Shown: positions 35,314-44,316 of the stretch, in pieces
How the letters are laid out: the number at the start of each line of letters is the position of its first letter
Numbering within the stretch: position 1 is the stretch's first letter
Source: Candidatus Fimadaptatus sp.
Lineage (GTDB): Bacteria > Bacillota > Clostridia > Christensenellales > Aristaeellaceae
Length of the DNA stretch: 57,762 bases
Assembly (NCBI GenBank): GCA_963928645.1
Contig: CAWVGT010000109.1
Location: 1-57,762 of the forward strand
Direction of reading: 5' to 3'
Position numbers and translations under genes: made by a program
The notes under the pieces: model-generated
Seen by the model: only the letters and a program-made list of their open reading frames with translations
Told to the model about the DNA's origin: nothing
The model's database searches: none

Positions 35314-36486
35314 TCAGAAGTAGGACACCTTAATGCGCTTGCCCATGCGCTCAAGGCACTTGCTCAGGTTCTCGATGAGCTGTATCTTGATGCCAAAGGT
35401 GATCGGCAGATCGGGGTTCTGGTGCGCGGGGTTAATCGCCTTGCCGACGAAGAAGTTGATGTCGGTCGCGTTTTCGAACAGCTCCTTGGCTATCAGCGAC
35501 GCGCCGTCCTTCTTGCCCAGCCAGCTCACGTCCGAATCCGAACCGTCCAGGAACTGCTGCGCCAGCGCCAGCACGCGCGATATCGTGACCACGCCCTCGG
35601 TGGTCAGATCGACGCCCGCTATGCGGCTTATCGGAGGTATCTCGGGATCGGGGTAATCCAGCGTGGGCACCACGGGCTTGCCAAGGTAGCGCGCGGCCAC
35701 CGTGGCGGTCGTGCCGCCGCAGACTATCTTGGTGCCCTGCTTGGAGAAGAACAGGTTCATCATCTTTATGTCCTGATCGCGCGTGGAAGGCGGGCCTATG
35801 ACCAGGTTGACCTGCTGGCGCTTGCGCACGCGCATCACGGCCAGCGTGGTATCGTCGCCGGGCTCGTTCTGATAGAGCGCGTTGCAGGCGTCGGCTATAA
35901 TGCCCGCGGTGGTCTTGGCGGAGTTGTCGGGGGAGTAGTTCTCCTCGGCGAACTTAATGATGTCGTCGCGCTGCCAGCCGTAGTTGAACGACATGCCTAT
36001 GCCGGCGTATATCGCGCCGTCGCTCATCGCTATGAACACGTCGTTTTCGCATACCGGGAAGCGGCTCTCGTGTATCGTCTTGCCCTCGACCACGCGCGTG
36101 GTCATAGGATAGTCCCAGTTCTTGCCGTCGCGCAGCACGATCACGTTGGGGTTGTCGAACTGTATCAGCTCGCAGACCTCGTTGTCGAGCATGCGCACCA
36201 CGGTGAACGTGGAGTAGGCTATCTTGCGCACCTGGCAGACCGGCAGCGTGCTGGCGATGGTGTTGACGCACTCGTCTATCGGCATGCCGCCGGCTATCAT
36301 AGTGCAGAGTATCTTGCTGGTGAGCGTGGACAGTATGTTGGCCTTGACGCCCGAGCCCAGCCCGTCGGCGAGCACCATTATCGTGGAATCATCAGTTGAG
36401 GATATCTCGACGCGATCGCCGCAGAGCTGCTCGCCATGCTTGTTGAGCGATACGTATCCCACATCGGTGCACAGATTATTTGCCAT
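35314..36486 (-). CDS. SpoIIE/PP2C-family serine phosphatase with a C-terminal domain of unknown role
   Basis: I take the start as ATG 36484-36486 (MANNLCTDVGYVSLNKHGEQLCGDRVE...), which overlaps the upstream stop as ATGGCAAATAA. PPM motifs are LADGLGSGVKA, MSDGAIYAG and GDDTTLAV. Confidence 0.85.
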   Translation of the reverse strand: MANNLCTDVGYVSLNKHGEQLCGDRVEISSTDDSTIMVLADGLGSGVKANILSTLTSKILCTMIAGGMPIDECVNTIASTLPVCQVRKIAYSTFTVVRMLDNEVCELIQFDNPNVIVLRDGKNWDYPMTTRVVEGKTIHESRFPVCENDVFIAMSDGAIYAGIGMSFNYGWQRDDIIKFAEENYSPDNSAKTTAGIIADACNALYQNEPGDDTTLAVMRVRKRQQVNLVIGPPSTRDQDIKMMNLFFSKQGTKIVCGGTTATVAARYLGKPVVPTLDYPDPEIPPISRIAGVDLTTEGVVTISRVLALAQQFLDGSDSDVSWLGKKDGASLIAKELFENATDINFFVGKAINPAHQNPDLPITFGIKIQLIENLSKCLERMGKRIKVSYF

Positions 36487-38149
36487 CCTGCATCGCATCC
36501 TTCAGCTTAGTGAGCGCGAGCTTGGTCTCGGCGGTGGTCTCGCCCAGCAGCGACGCGATCTCCTGAACCACGCGCATCTGCTTGTCTATGACCTTGTCCG
36601 TCACCTCGACGGTCTGGCGCTTGAGCTCCTGCTCCTGTTCGCGGGTCTGTTCGCGCTCAGTGACGTCGCGCATTATGCTAATGAGTATCTTGTACTGCTT
36701 GTCGTAGGTCACCGTCTCCTCGACATACAGCTTGTATTCGGGTATGTAGTGGCACTTGTTGACGATGCTGTTGCCGGTCTGCACGACCAGCATGTAGTCG
36801 GTGGGGTCGAGCAGCCGGACTATCGGCGCCTTCACGATATCGTCGGGCGAGCGAAGCTTGAACATGCGCTGCGCCGCGGCGTTTATCTGCTGCACGATCA
36901 AATCCTCGTTCATAACGATTATCGCGTTGGGCGTGGACGATATTATCTTGTCGGAGAAGGACTCGGCCTTCTCGCGCAGGAACGGCAGGCACATGCCGAT
37001 CTCGGCCTTGCCCATGCACACCGCCGCCGCCTTGTCGCGACAGGTCGGATAGCCGCAGCAGCCGCAGTTGAGCTCCTTGTCGGGGGAGGTCTTGCCCATT
37101 GCGATCATGACCTCCTGAATCGCGGCGCTGCCGGGCATCACGCGCCTGAGGCCGCTGGGCGCGAACTGCTCGGCCATGTTGGCGGGCGCCTTGGCCTCGA
37201 AGTCGGAATGGCCGGCATACGAGGCGACCTTGAGCACGCCGGTGAGCGGGCGCTCCGCGTGTTCGCGCAGTATCGGGCCGCTTATGCAGCTGCCCTTGCA
37301 CGCGCTCATCTCGATAAACGCGTTGTCAAAGCTGCCGGCGCGCATCTCGTCGAGCGCGGCCATGCAGCTGTCGGTGCCGTCCAGCGCGATGTACTCAAAG
37401 CCCTTGGGCAGATCCATGGACTTGAGTATGCCGCCGGTGGTGGGGTAGAAGCGGGAGCGCTTGCCGTCGGCGTGCTCGCGGGGCTTGGAGACCGGGCGGA
37501 TGCTCTGCGCGTCCAGCCAGTCGCTCAGCTCGTCGAACGTGAGGCAGGCGTCGACCATGCTGGACTCGTCGGCCTCCTTCTTCTTGGCGATGCAGGGGCC
37601 GATGAACACGGTGAACGCGTCGGGCTCGCGCTCCTTGATCGCCTTGCAGTGGGCCTGCATCGGCGAGAGCACGTGCGCGAGCTTGTCGAGCAGGTCGGGG
37701 TAGTACTTCTGTATCAGCGAATTGATCGCCGGACAGCAGCTGGTTATGATGACGCGTCCATGCCCCGCGCTCGCCAGCATGCGCTCATATTCGCGCGAGA
37801 CGAACTGCGCGCCTATCGCGGTCTCCTCCGCGCCCGCAAAGCCGAGCTGGCGCAGCGTATCGGCCATGTCCTCGATATCCGCAAAGCCGGTGCCGGTTAC
37901 GAACGAGGGCGCGACCGAGGCGATCACGCGCTTGCCGGCGCGCAGCGCGTCGCGCACCTTCTGTGCGTCGCCGCGCACCTGCTTGGCGTTCTGGGGACAG
38001 ACTACGTAGCACTGGCCGCACAGTATGCACTCGTCCTCGATTATCTGCGCCTGGTTGTCGGCGAAGCTTATCGCCTTGACCGGACAGGAGCGTATGCACT
38101 TGTAGCAGTCCTTACAGCCCGAGGGCTTGAGCTTCAGGTATTCTTGCAT
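36476..38149 (-). CDS. Sensory-type [FeFe]-hydrogenase (HydS-like, group C) with a C-terminal Cys cluster and PAS domain
   Basis: 557 aa. The N-terminus has 2x[4Fe-4S] (CKDCYKCIRSCP, CILCGQCYVVCP). H-domain motifs are TSCCP, GPCIAKKKE, and the atypical L3 MSACKGSCISGP. A CGCCGYPTC...C cluster follows, then a PAS-like region (TPNAIIVMNEDLIVQQINAAAQRMF) and a coiled-coil tail. Confidence 0.85.
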   Translation of the reverse strand: MQEYLKLKPSGCKDCYKCIRSCPVKAISFADNQAQIIEDECILCGQCYVVCPQNAKQVRGDAQKVRDALRAGKRVIASVAPSFVTGTGFADIEDMADTLRQLGFAGAEETAIGAQFVSREYERMLASAGHGRVIITSCCPAINSLIQKYYPDLLDKLAHVLSPMQAHCKAIKEREPDAFTVFIGPCIAKKKEADESSMVDACLTFDELSDWLDAQSIRPVSKPREHADGKRSRFYPTTGGILKSMDLPKGFEYIALDGTDSCMAALDEMRAGSFDNAFIEMSACKGSCISGPILREHAERPLTGVLKVASYAGHSDFEAKAPANMAEQFAPSGLRRVMPGSAAIQEVMIAMGKTSPDKELNCGCCGYPTCRDKAAAVCMGKAEIGMCLPFLREKAESFSDKIISSTPNAIIVMNEDLIVQQINAAAQRMFKLRSPDDIVKAPIVRLLDPTDYMLVVQTGNSIVNKCHYIPEYKLYVEETVTYDKQYKILISIMRDVTEREQTREQEQELKRQTVEVTDKVIDKQMRVVQEIASLLGETTAETKLALTKLKDAMQDGK

Positions 38150-38382
38150 TTAGCCAACACTTCCTTTTCAAAGAAGGCTTCCGTGGTTTCAGGCTTGACC
38201 GAGAACTTCTCCCCGTCGAGCGTCAGGCAAACGCCGTTCATGCAATCGCCCATGCAGAACTGCCCGCCGAGTTCCACCTGGTCCTGAAGGTTATTGTCGT
38301 TGACGAGCTGCTGCAGCTTCTCCACTATCTGGCGGGACCCCTTGAGATGGCAGGAGCTGCCGATGCAAATCGTTATCTTCAT
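38134..38382 (-). CDS. Thioredoxin-like [2Fe-2S] ferredoxin (NuoE/HndA-like small protein)
   Basis: Start trimmed to ATG 38380-38382 (MKITICIGSSCHLKG...). The Cys pattern is Cx4C...Cx3C (CIGSSC, CMGDC). The 3' end overlaps the hydS-like start by 16 nt. Confidence 0.8.
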   Translation of the reverse strand: MKITICIGSSCHLKGSRQIVEKLQQLVNDNNLQDQVELGGQFCMGDCMNGVCLTLDGEKFSVKPETTEAFFEKEVLAKCKNT

Positions 38383-38470
38383 GTACGTACACACCTTTCC
38401 TTATCGAAATATATTGGGTTGACAACGCCATGCGCCCCTGCGGGCGCGAGTTATACTGTATTATTCTATG

Positions 38471-39169
38471 CTATACTGCGTTTTCCCTGCTGCGCTCGGG
38501 CGTATGCGCAATTTTTGTCATGTTTTCGCGCTCATTTTCGGGCACGGCCTCGGCCAGGTGCTTGGACAGCATAGCCAGCGACGCGGCCATGTTCTCGGTC
38601 TGCACCAGCACGCCCTCGGGCACGTACAGGTGAATCGGCGCAAAGTTCCATATGGCCTTTATGCCGGCTTCGACCAGCGCGTCGCACACCGACTGCGCCT
38701 GCGACGCGGGCACGGTTATTATGCCTATGTGCACGCCCAGGCGCCGGCATATGTCGCCCAGCCGCTCCATTGTAAATATCTGCTTGCCGGATTCGGTGGC
38801 GCCGGTGCGCTCGGGGTCGGAGTCGAACGCCGCCAGTATGTTCAGACCGTATGACTTAAAGCCGTCGTATTCCATCAGCGCGCGGCCCAGCCGCCCGGCG
38901 CCGACCAGCACCGCGTCGTGCGCGTTGTTGTAGCCCAGGAAGTTCTCGATCTCGTCTATCAACTGAGTCGTTACGTATCCGACCTTGGGGCGGCCTGAGC
39001 TGGACACCTGCGCCAGATCCTTGCGCACCTGAACCTGGCCCAGCCCCAGCGCGTCGGCAATGCCCGTGGCCGATATGTACTCGGGCGCGTCGGGTCCCAG
39101 CGACTTTAGATAGCTCAGGTAGCGCGGCAATCTGCGCAGCGTGGGCTGCGATATTGTGCTCACCGTCAT
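38471..39169 (-). CDS. rex: Redox-sensing transcriptional repressor Rex
   Basis: Start trimmed to ATG 39167-39169 (MTVSTISQPTLRRLPRYLSYL...) behind AAGGAGG. The winged helix is ISATGIADALGLGQVQVRKDL, the Rossmann motif is VLVGAGRLGRAL, and IWNFAP is present. Confidence 0.92.
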   Translation of the reverse strand: MTVSTISQPTLRRLPRYLSYLKSLGPDAPEYISATGIADALGLGQVQVRKDLAQVSSSGRPKVGYVTTQLIDEIENFLGYNNAHDAVLVGAGRLGRALMEYDGFKSYGLNILAAFDSDPERTGATESGKQIFTMERLGDICRRLGVHIGIITVPASQAQSVCDALVEAGIKAIWNFAPIHLYVPEGVLVQTENMAASLAMLSKHLAEAVPENERENMTKIAHTPERSRENAV

Positions 39170-39434
39170 TGTACGGCCTCCTTTCCGGCTCACCTTCGGT
39201 ATAAATTATAGCGCACTTTTGTTAACACAATGAGTATAGCGCTAGAATTCTATCGATAATCCATGACCTAATATTGGCTGCGCCGCCGCGGCGGACAAAA
39301 AAAGTTGAGCGCGCGCCGCGCGGGCGGTTTCACACGCGTCCAAACGGGGTACAATTTATCTGTGGGCTTATTTGAGTGGGCACCCGGCCGGTGCCGCAGC
39401 GGCGGTCAACCGGTTTGAATATGAAGGGGGATAT

Positions 39435-40445
39435 ATGGATACCTGTGCGTGTGCCGCGCAGAGCGGCCAGGATGGTTTATCGAGGGGCAACTGCCTGCTG
39501 GCTGAGCGCGAGGGACTGCTCGCGTACAAGCCGCTGGCGCTTATGGATCGAGCGGTGCTGGAGCCGTACATACAGGCTCAGGAATTTGAAAACTCGGAGC
39601 TGACGTTTGCGGACATGTACATATGGCGCAAGAGCTGGCGCGTGGAGTGGGCGATAGCGCTGGGCGCGCTGTTTATGCGCATGCGCATGCCGGGCAAGTG
39701 CCTCATGTATCCGGTGATGCCGCTCGACGGCAGGCTGACGCGGGCGCAGCTCGAGCTGGCCGTCGGCGATATGCGCAGCGCGGGCTGGCGACCGGTCATG
39801 ACCAGTGTGGGCGAGGGCTACCTTCAGCGCGTGCGCGAAGCGATGCCGCTGGGCTGGCGCGAGCTGGAGCTGGAGGATTTCGAGGACTATGTATACCGGG
39901 CGCAGGATCTGATTTCGCTAAAAGGCCGCAACTATCACGGCAAGCGCAACCATCTGGCGCGCTTCATGCGCGCGTACGAGGGCCGATACGTCTATCGGCC
40001 GCTGCGGGCGTGCGACATGGCGGAATGCCTGCGGCTGTGGGACAGGTGGTACGCCGAGCGCGTGGGCGGCATGGACGATGGCGAACGGCTGGCGGCGGCG
40101 CAGGAGCGCGAGATGGTGGCGGAGGCGTTCGGCGCGATGCACCTGCTGGGGCTGCGCGGCGGCGTGGTCGAGGTGGACGGAAGCATGGCCGGCTTCACGC
40201 TGGGCGAGCGCGAGCGCGACACGCTGCTGGTGCGGCTGGAAAAGGCGCTCGACCAGTACGAGGGCATATACGCATTCATAAACCGCGAATTTGCCGAGCA
40301 CGGCTTTGAGGGCGTGCGCTGGATAAACCGCGAGGAGGACATGGGCATACCCGGGCTGCGGCGCTCCAAGCAGTCGTATTATCCGGATCACATGGTAAAG
40401 AAGTACCAGCTCGACTTCAGCGCCGCGGAGGAGGATGCGCCATGA
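39435..40445 (+). CDS. DUF2156 protein (LysX/MprF C-terminal-like, GNAT-fold)
   Basis: Start taken at ATG 39435. Motifs ELTFADMYIWRKSW, GKRNHLARF, INREEDMGIPGLRRSKQSYYPDHMVKKY are typical of DUF2156. Confidence 0.75.
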   Translation: MDTCACAAQSGQDGLSRGNCLLAEREGLLAYKPLALMDRAVLEPYIQAQEFENSELTFADMYIWRKSWRVEWAIALGALFMRMRMPGKCLMYPVMPLDGRLTRAQLELAVGDMRSAGWRPVMTSVGEGYLQRVREAMPLGWRELELEDFEDYVYRAQDLISLKGRNYHGKRNHLARFMRAYEGRYVYRPLRACDMAECLRLWDRWYAERVGGMDDGERLAAAQEREMVAEAFGAMHLLGLRGGVVEVDGSMAGFTLGERERDTLLVRLEKALDQYEGIYAFINREFAEHGFEGVRWINREEDMGIPGLRRSKQSYYPDHMVKKYQLDFSAAEEDAP

Positions 40446-40840
40446 CGCCGGTGGTGGCAGGCGTGCTCCGGCGCGACGGGCGCTATCTGCTGGCGCGGCG
40501 TGTGCGCGGCGCGGAGGCGGGCCGCTGGGAGTTCCCGGGCGGCAAGCTCGAGCGCGGCGAGACGCCCGAGCAGGCGCTGGCGCGCGAACTGCAGGAGGAG
40601 CTGGGCATCGAGGTGCGCGTGGGCGCGCTGGAGCACTGCATAGTCGACTGGGAGGGCATGGGCGGCGCAGGGCTGCTGTTGCTGTTTTACGGTTGCGAGC
40701 TTGCGGGCGGCGAGCCGAAGTGCCTGGACTGCGGCGGAGTTGAGTTTGTGACGCCAGGTGAGCTGAGCGAGCTGGAGCTGGCGCGCAACGACCGGCTGTT
40801 TGTCGAGCGCTGCCTGGGCGTGGCCGGCGTGGCGCGCTGA
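40442..40840 (+). CDS. NUDIX hydrolase (MutT-like)
   Basis: 132 aa with the Nudix box GGKLERGETPEQALARELQEELGI. The ATGA start overlaps the DUF2156 stop. Confidence 0.88.
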   Translation: MTPVVAGVLRRDGRYLLARRVRGAEAGRWEFPGGKLERGETPEQALARELQEELGIEVRVGALEHCIVDWEGMGGAGLLLLFYGCELAGGEPKCLDCGGVEFVTPGELSELELARNDRLFVERCLGVAGVAR

Positions 40841-41444
40841 TATGGAGCTGGCGATATGCTGGGCGATGCTGTGAAGATGCGATTTGTTCGCGCAAGAACC
40901 GTTTATAAAGCTTTAACTGTATGGACAGCCTGCAGCAAGCCTGTTCCTGGATCAGAATGAAAGAAACCCGCAATTGCAATGGCCATAAAGATGGCTTTAT
41001 GTTATTTGCAAACCATGACAGCCGGAAGCGCAAGCTGAGCCGAGTCGCCCGCATTCGGCTCGGTTCGGTCATCGTGAACATGGATGGGGGACGCTCTGTC
41101 CGCGTTCAGGCTGTTTGTAAAGTCGTGGCTGCTGTACGGCGCGATTCATAGTAATGCGTGGGCACTGTATTTGCAATGATTGAAAGCAACCATTGCATAC
41201 TGAGCCGGCTTGTCAGCGCACGAGCCGCTTAATCGATTGACAGAACGCGGACAGGAAGTGACCTGTCCGCGCCGTTCGTATCGGGTCGTTTATGATAGAC
41301 GCCGCGCAATCGCATGAGTGCGAACAGCGCTGCCGATGTCAAACGATCATGCGCCAACGTGCGCGCTTGAGGTGCGATTCGCAGCGACAATTCCTTCACT
41401 CCGCGCTTAACTCCTAATAACTGGCGCAGCGAACCGCCAGCACC

Positions 41445-41483
41445 AGACAAAACGGCGCGGACAGTCGCTTGATCTGTCCGCGC
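41445..41483 (-). terminator. Terminator after leuB
   Basis: On the minus strand, GCGCGGACAG-ATCAAGCGA-CTGTCCGCGC is followed by CGTTTTG. It starts 16 nt after the leuB stop. A near-identical hairpin in the opposite orientation lies at 41237-41262. Confidence 0.75.
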
Positions 41484-41498
41484 AGTATAACATGCGCC

Positions 41499-42560
41499 TT
41501 ATTGCAGATATCCCGCGATCAGCTCGCCGCAGCGCCGGCAGCCGACCCGGGTCGCGCCGGCGCCCATTATGTCGGCGGTGCGATAGCCCGCGTCCAGGAA
41601 CGCCGACACCGCGGCCTCTATTGCGTTCGCCTCGCGCGGCAGGTCGAAGCTGAAGCGCAGCATCATCGCTGCTGCTAGTATGGTGCCGATGGGGTTGGCG
41701 ATATCCTGGCCGGCGATGTCCGGAGCCGAGCCGTGTATCGGCTCGTACAGGCCGCATGCGCTCGCGCCCAGGCTGGACGAGGGTATCATGCCTATCGAGC
41801 CGGTTATCATGGACGCCTCGTCCGAGAGTATGTCGCCGAACATGTTCTCGGTCACGATCACGTCGAACTGCGAAGGATCCTTTACGATCTGCATCGCGCA
41901 GTTGTCGACCAGCATGTCGCTCAGCGCAACGTCGGGGTATTCGTGGGCCAGCTCGTGCATGACCTGCTTCCACAGCCGGCTCGAATCCAGCACGTTTGAC
42001 TTCTCCACCGAGCAAAGCCGGCCGCGCCGCCGGCGCGCAGTCTCAAATCCGATGCGCCCTATGCGCTCTATCTCGGCACGGCTGTACCGGAGCACGTCTA
42101 TCGCGGTATCGCCCTCGGTGCGGTGCTCGCCAAAGTATATGCCGCCGATCAGCTCGCGCACTATGATGAAGTCTATGCCCTTGTCTACGATCGACTGCCT
42201 GAGCGGCGACGCGTCGGCCAGCTGCGGCCAGATCCTGGCCGGGCGGTTGTTGGAGTACACGCCCATGCCGGCGCGCAGCCGGAGCAGGCCCTTTTCGGGG
42301 CGCATCGGGCCGGGCACGTCGTTCCACTTGGGGCCGCCGACCGCGCCCAGCAGCACGCTGTCGGATTCCACGCACCTTTTGAGCATGTCGGCCGGCAGCG
42401 GGTCGCCCCAGCGGTCGATCGCGCAGCCGCCCATGTCCACGTCTATGTACTCGAAGCTGTGGCCGTACAGCGCGGCCACGCGGTCGAGCACGCGCATCGC
42501 CTGCGCGACTATCTCGGGGCCTATGCCGTCGCCGCGAATCACCGCTATCCGCTTATCCAT
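41499..42560 (-). CDS. leuB: 3-isopropylmalate dehydrogenase
   Basis: 353 aa with [44 protein letters not shown] and [12 protein letters not shown] motifs. Confidence 0.95.
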   Translation of the reverse strand: MDKRIAVIRGDGIGPEIVAQAMRVLDRVAALYGHSFEYIDVDMGGCAIDRWGDPLPADMLKRCVESDSVLLGAVGGPKWNDVPGPMRPEKGLLRLRAGMGVYSNNRPARIWPQLADASPLRQSIVDKGIDFIIVRELIGGIYFGEHRTEGDTAIDVLRYSRAEIERIGRIGFETARRRRGRLCSVEKSNVLDSSRLWKQVMHELAHEYPDVALSDMLVDNCAMQIVKDPSQFDVIVTENMFGDILSDEASMITGSIGMIPSSSLGASACGLYEPIHGSAPDIAGQDIANPIGTILAAAMMLRFSFDLPREANAIEAAVSAFLDAGYRTADIMGAGATRVGCRRCGELIAGYLQ

Positions 42561-43050
42561 TCGCCGCGCCTTCTTTCAGCGACTTGAGCAGCCCGCCGCT
42601 TCTTATTATATTCTGTATGAACGGCGGGAAGGGCTGCGCGCGGAACGACTCGCCGGTCGTCAGGTCGGTTATAACGCCGGTATCGAAATCCACGCTGACC
42701 TCGTCGCCGGCGCTTATGGCGTCGGCCGCGGCCTCGCACTCGAGTATGGGCATGCCTATGTTTATAGCGTTGCGGTAGAATATGCGCGCAAAGCTCTTGG
42801 CGATTATGCAGCCCACGCCGCAGGTCTTTATCACCAGCGGCGCGTGCTCACGCGACGAGCCGCAGCCAAAGTTCCAGCCGCCCACAATCACGTCGCCCGC
42901 GCTCACGCGCTTTACGAAGTCGGCGTCGATGTCCTCCATGCAGTGCTGCGCCAGCTCCTGCGCGTCGGGCGTGTTCAGATAGCGCGCGGGTATTATCACG
43001 TCGGTGTCCACGTTGTCGGGATATTTGAATACCTTGCCCTTGGCGTTCAT
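42553..43050 (-). CDS. leuD: 3-isopropylmalate dehydratase small subunit
   Basis: 165 aa with [14 protein letters not shown] and [15 protein letters not shown] motifs. It overlaps the leuB start by 8 nt. Confidence 0.93.
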   Translation of the reverse strand: MNAKGKVFKYPDNVDTDVIIPARYLNTPDAQELAQHCMEDIDADFVKRVSAGDVIVGGWNFGCGSSREHAPLVIKTCGVGCIIAKSFARIFYRNAINIGMPILECEAAADAISAGDEVSVDFDTGVITDLTTGESFRAQPFPPFIQNIIRSGGLLKSLKEGAANG

Positions 43051-43053
43051 CGC

Positions 43054-44313
43054 TCAAGCCTCCTTGTACTCGGTTATGTAGCCGGCCAGCGCGCTGGCCG
43101 CGGCGGTGTGCGGCGAGGCCAGGTACACCTCGCTGTCCACGTGGCCCATGCGCCCCACGAAGTTGCGGTTGGTCGTGGCCACGCAGCGCTCGCCCGCGGC
43201 GAGTATGCCCATGTATCCGCCCAGGCAGGGCCCGCAGGTCGGCGTGGACACGACCGCGCCCGCGTCTATGAACGCGGTGTACCAGCCGCGCTGCACGCAC
43301 TCGCGCAGTATCTGCATCGTGCCGGGTATTATTATGCAGCGCACGCCGCGGGCTATCTGCTTGCCATTGATTATGTTGTACGCGGCCTCCATGTCCTCCA
43401 GGCGGCCGTTGGTGCAGGAGCCTATCACGACCTGAACGATGGCAATGTCGTGCAGCTCGCTGGCGGGGCGGGTGTTCTCGGGCAGGTGCGGGCAGGCGAC
43501 GGTGGGCACAATCGCGCTCAGGTCGATGTCGATTACGCGCTCGTACTCGGCGTCGGCGTCGGCCGCATACTCTACCGGGGTGCGCTCGCTGCGGCCCGCG
43601 AGGTAGGCGCGCGTCACGTCGTCGACCGGGAATATGCCGTTCTTGGCGCCGGCCTCGACCGCCATGTTGCAGATGCAGAGCCGGTCGTCCATCGAGAGCG
43701 CGCGCACGCCCTCGCCCGTGAACTCCATGCTCTTGTAGAGCGCGCCGTCCACGCCTATCATGCCTATGATCGTCAGTATCACGTCCTTGCCGGAGCAGTT
43801 GCCCGGCAGCCTGCCGGTCAGGTTGAACTTGATCGCCGAAGGCACCTTGAACCAGGCCGTGCCCGTGGCCATGCCCGCGGCCATGTCGGTGGAGCCAACG
43901 CCAGTGGAAAACGCGCCCAGCGCGCCATAGGTGCAGGTGTGGCTGTCCGCGCCGATTATGCAGTCGCCCGCGGTCACTATGCCCTGCTCGGGCAGCAGCG
44001 CGTGCTCAATGCCCATCCTGCCGACGTCGTAGAAGTGGCTGACGCAGTGAGCGCACGCGAACTCGCGGCTGGTCTTGGACTGCTCGGCGGCCTTGATGTC
44101 CTTGTTGGGCACGAAGTGATCCAGCACTATCGCGATCCGGTCGCGATCGAACACGCCCTCAAAGCCCGCCTTTTTGAACTCGTTCACGGCCACGGGCGTG
44201 GTTATGTCGTTGCCCAGCACGATGTCCAGCCTGGCGCTTATCAGCTGTCCGGCGACCACGCTGTCCAGCCCGGCGTGGGCGGCCAGTATCTTCTGAGTCA
44301 TTGTCATTGCCAT
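43054..44313 (-). CDS. leuC: 3-isopropylmalate dehydratase large subunit
   Basis: 419 aa with aconitase-family motifs: [23 protein letters not shown], and the cluster Cys residues in IGSCTNGR and CGPCLG. Confidence 0.93.
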   Translation of the reverse strand: MAMTMTQKILAAHAGLDSVVAGQLISARLDIVLGNDITTPVAVNEFKKAGFEGVFDRDRIAIVLDHFVPNKDIKAAEQSKTSREFACAHCVSHFYDVGRMGIEHALLPEQGIVTAGDCIIGADSHTCTYGALGAFSTGVGSTDMAAGMATGTAWFKVPSAIKFNLTGRLPGNCSGKDVILTIIGMIGVDGALYKSMEFTGEGVRALSMDDRLCICNMAVEAGAKNGIFPVDDVTRAYLAGRSERTPVEYAADADAEYERVIDIDLSAIVPTVACPHLPENTRPASELHDIAIVQVVIGSCTNGRLEDMEAAYNIINGKQIARGVRCIIIPGTMQILRECVQRGWYTAFIDAGAVVSTPTCGPCLGGYMGILAAGERCVATTNRNFVGRMGHVDSEVYLASPHTAAASALAGYITEYKEA

Positions 44314-44316
44314 AGA

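Noticed and set aside
39219-39230. TTGTTAACACAA (containing the palindrome TGTTAACA) upstream of rex as a Rex operator. I also searched 38383-38470 and 35228-35313 for Rex boxes.
   Set aside because: Rex sites are palindromes of about 16-18 bp (TTGTGAA-N4-6-TTCACAA / TTGTTAA...TTAACAA). This site is only 12 nt with collapsed spacing. Only a lone half-site-like TTGTCAA is seen upstream of the ferredoxin gene. That is not enough to call an operator without a PWM scan.
40921-41151. 76-aa ORF in the gap of about 650 bp between the NUDIX gene and leuB. It is bounded downstream by a plus-oriented hairpin at 41237-41262.
   Set aside because: It has no SD sequence, and its composition (Arg/Cys/Lys) and codon usage are atypical for this genome. 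I recognised no family. The gap may still produce a non-coding transcript, but I cannot support a CDS.
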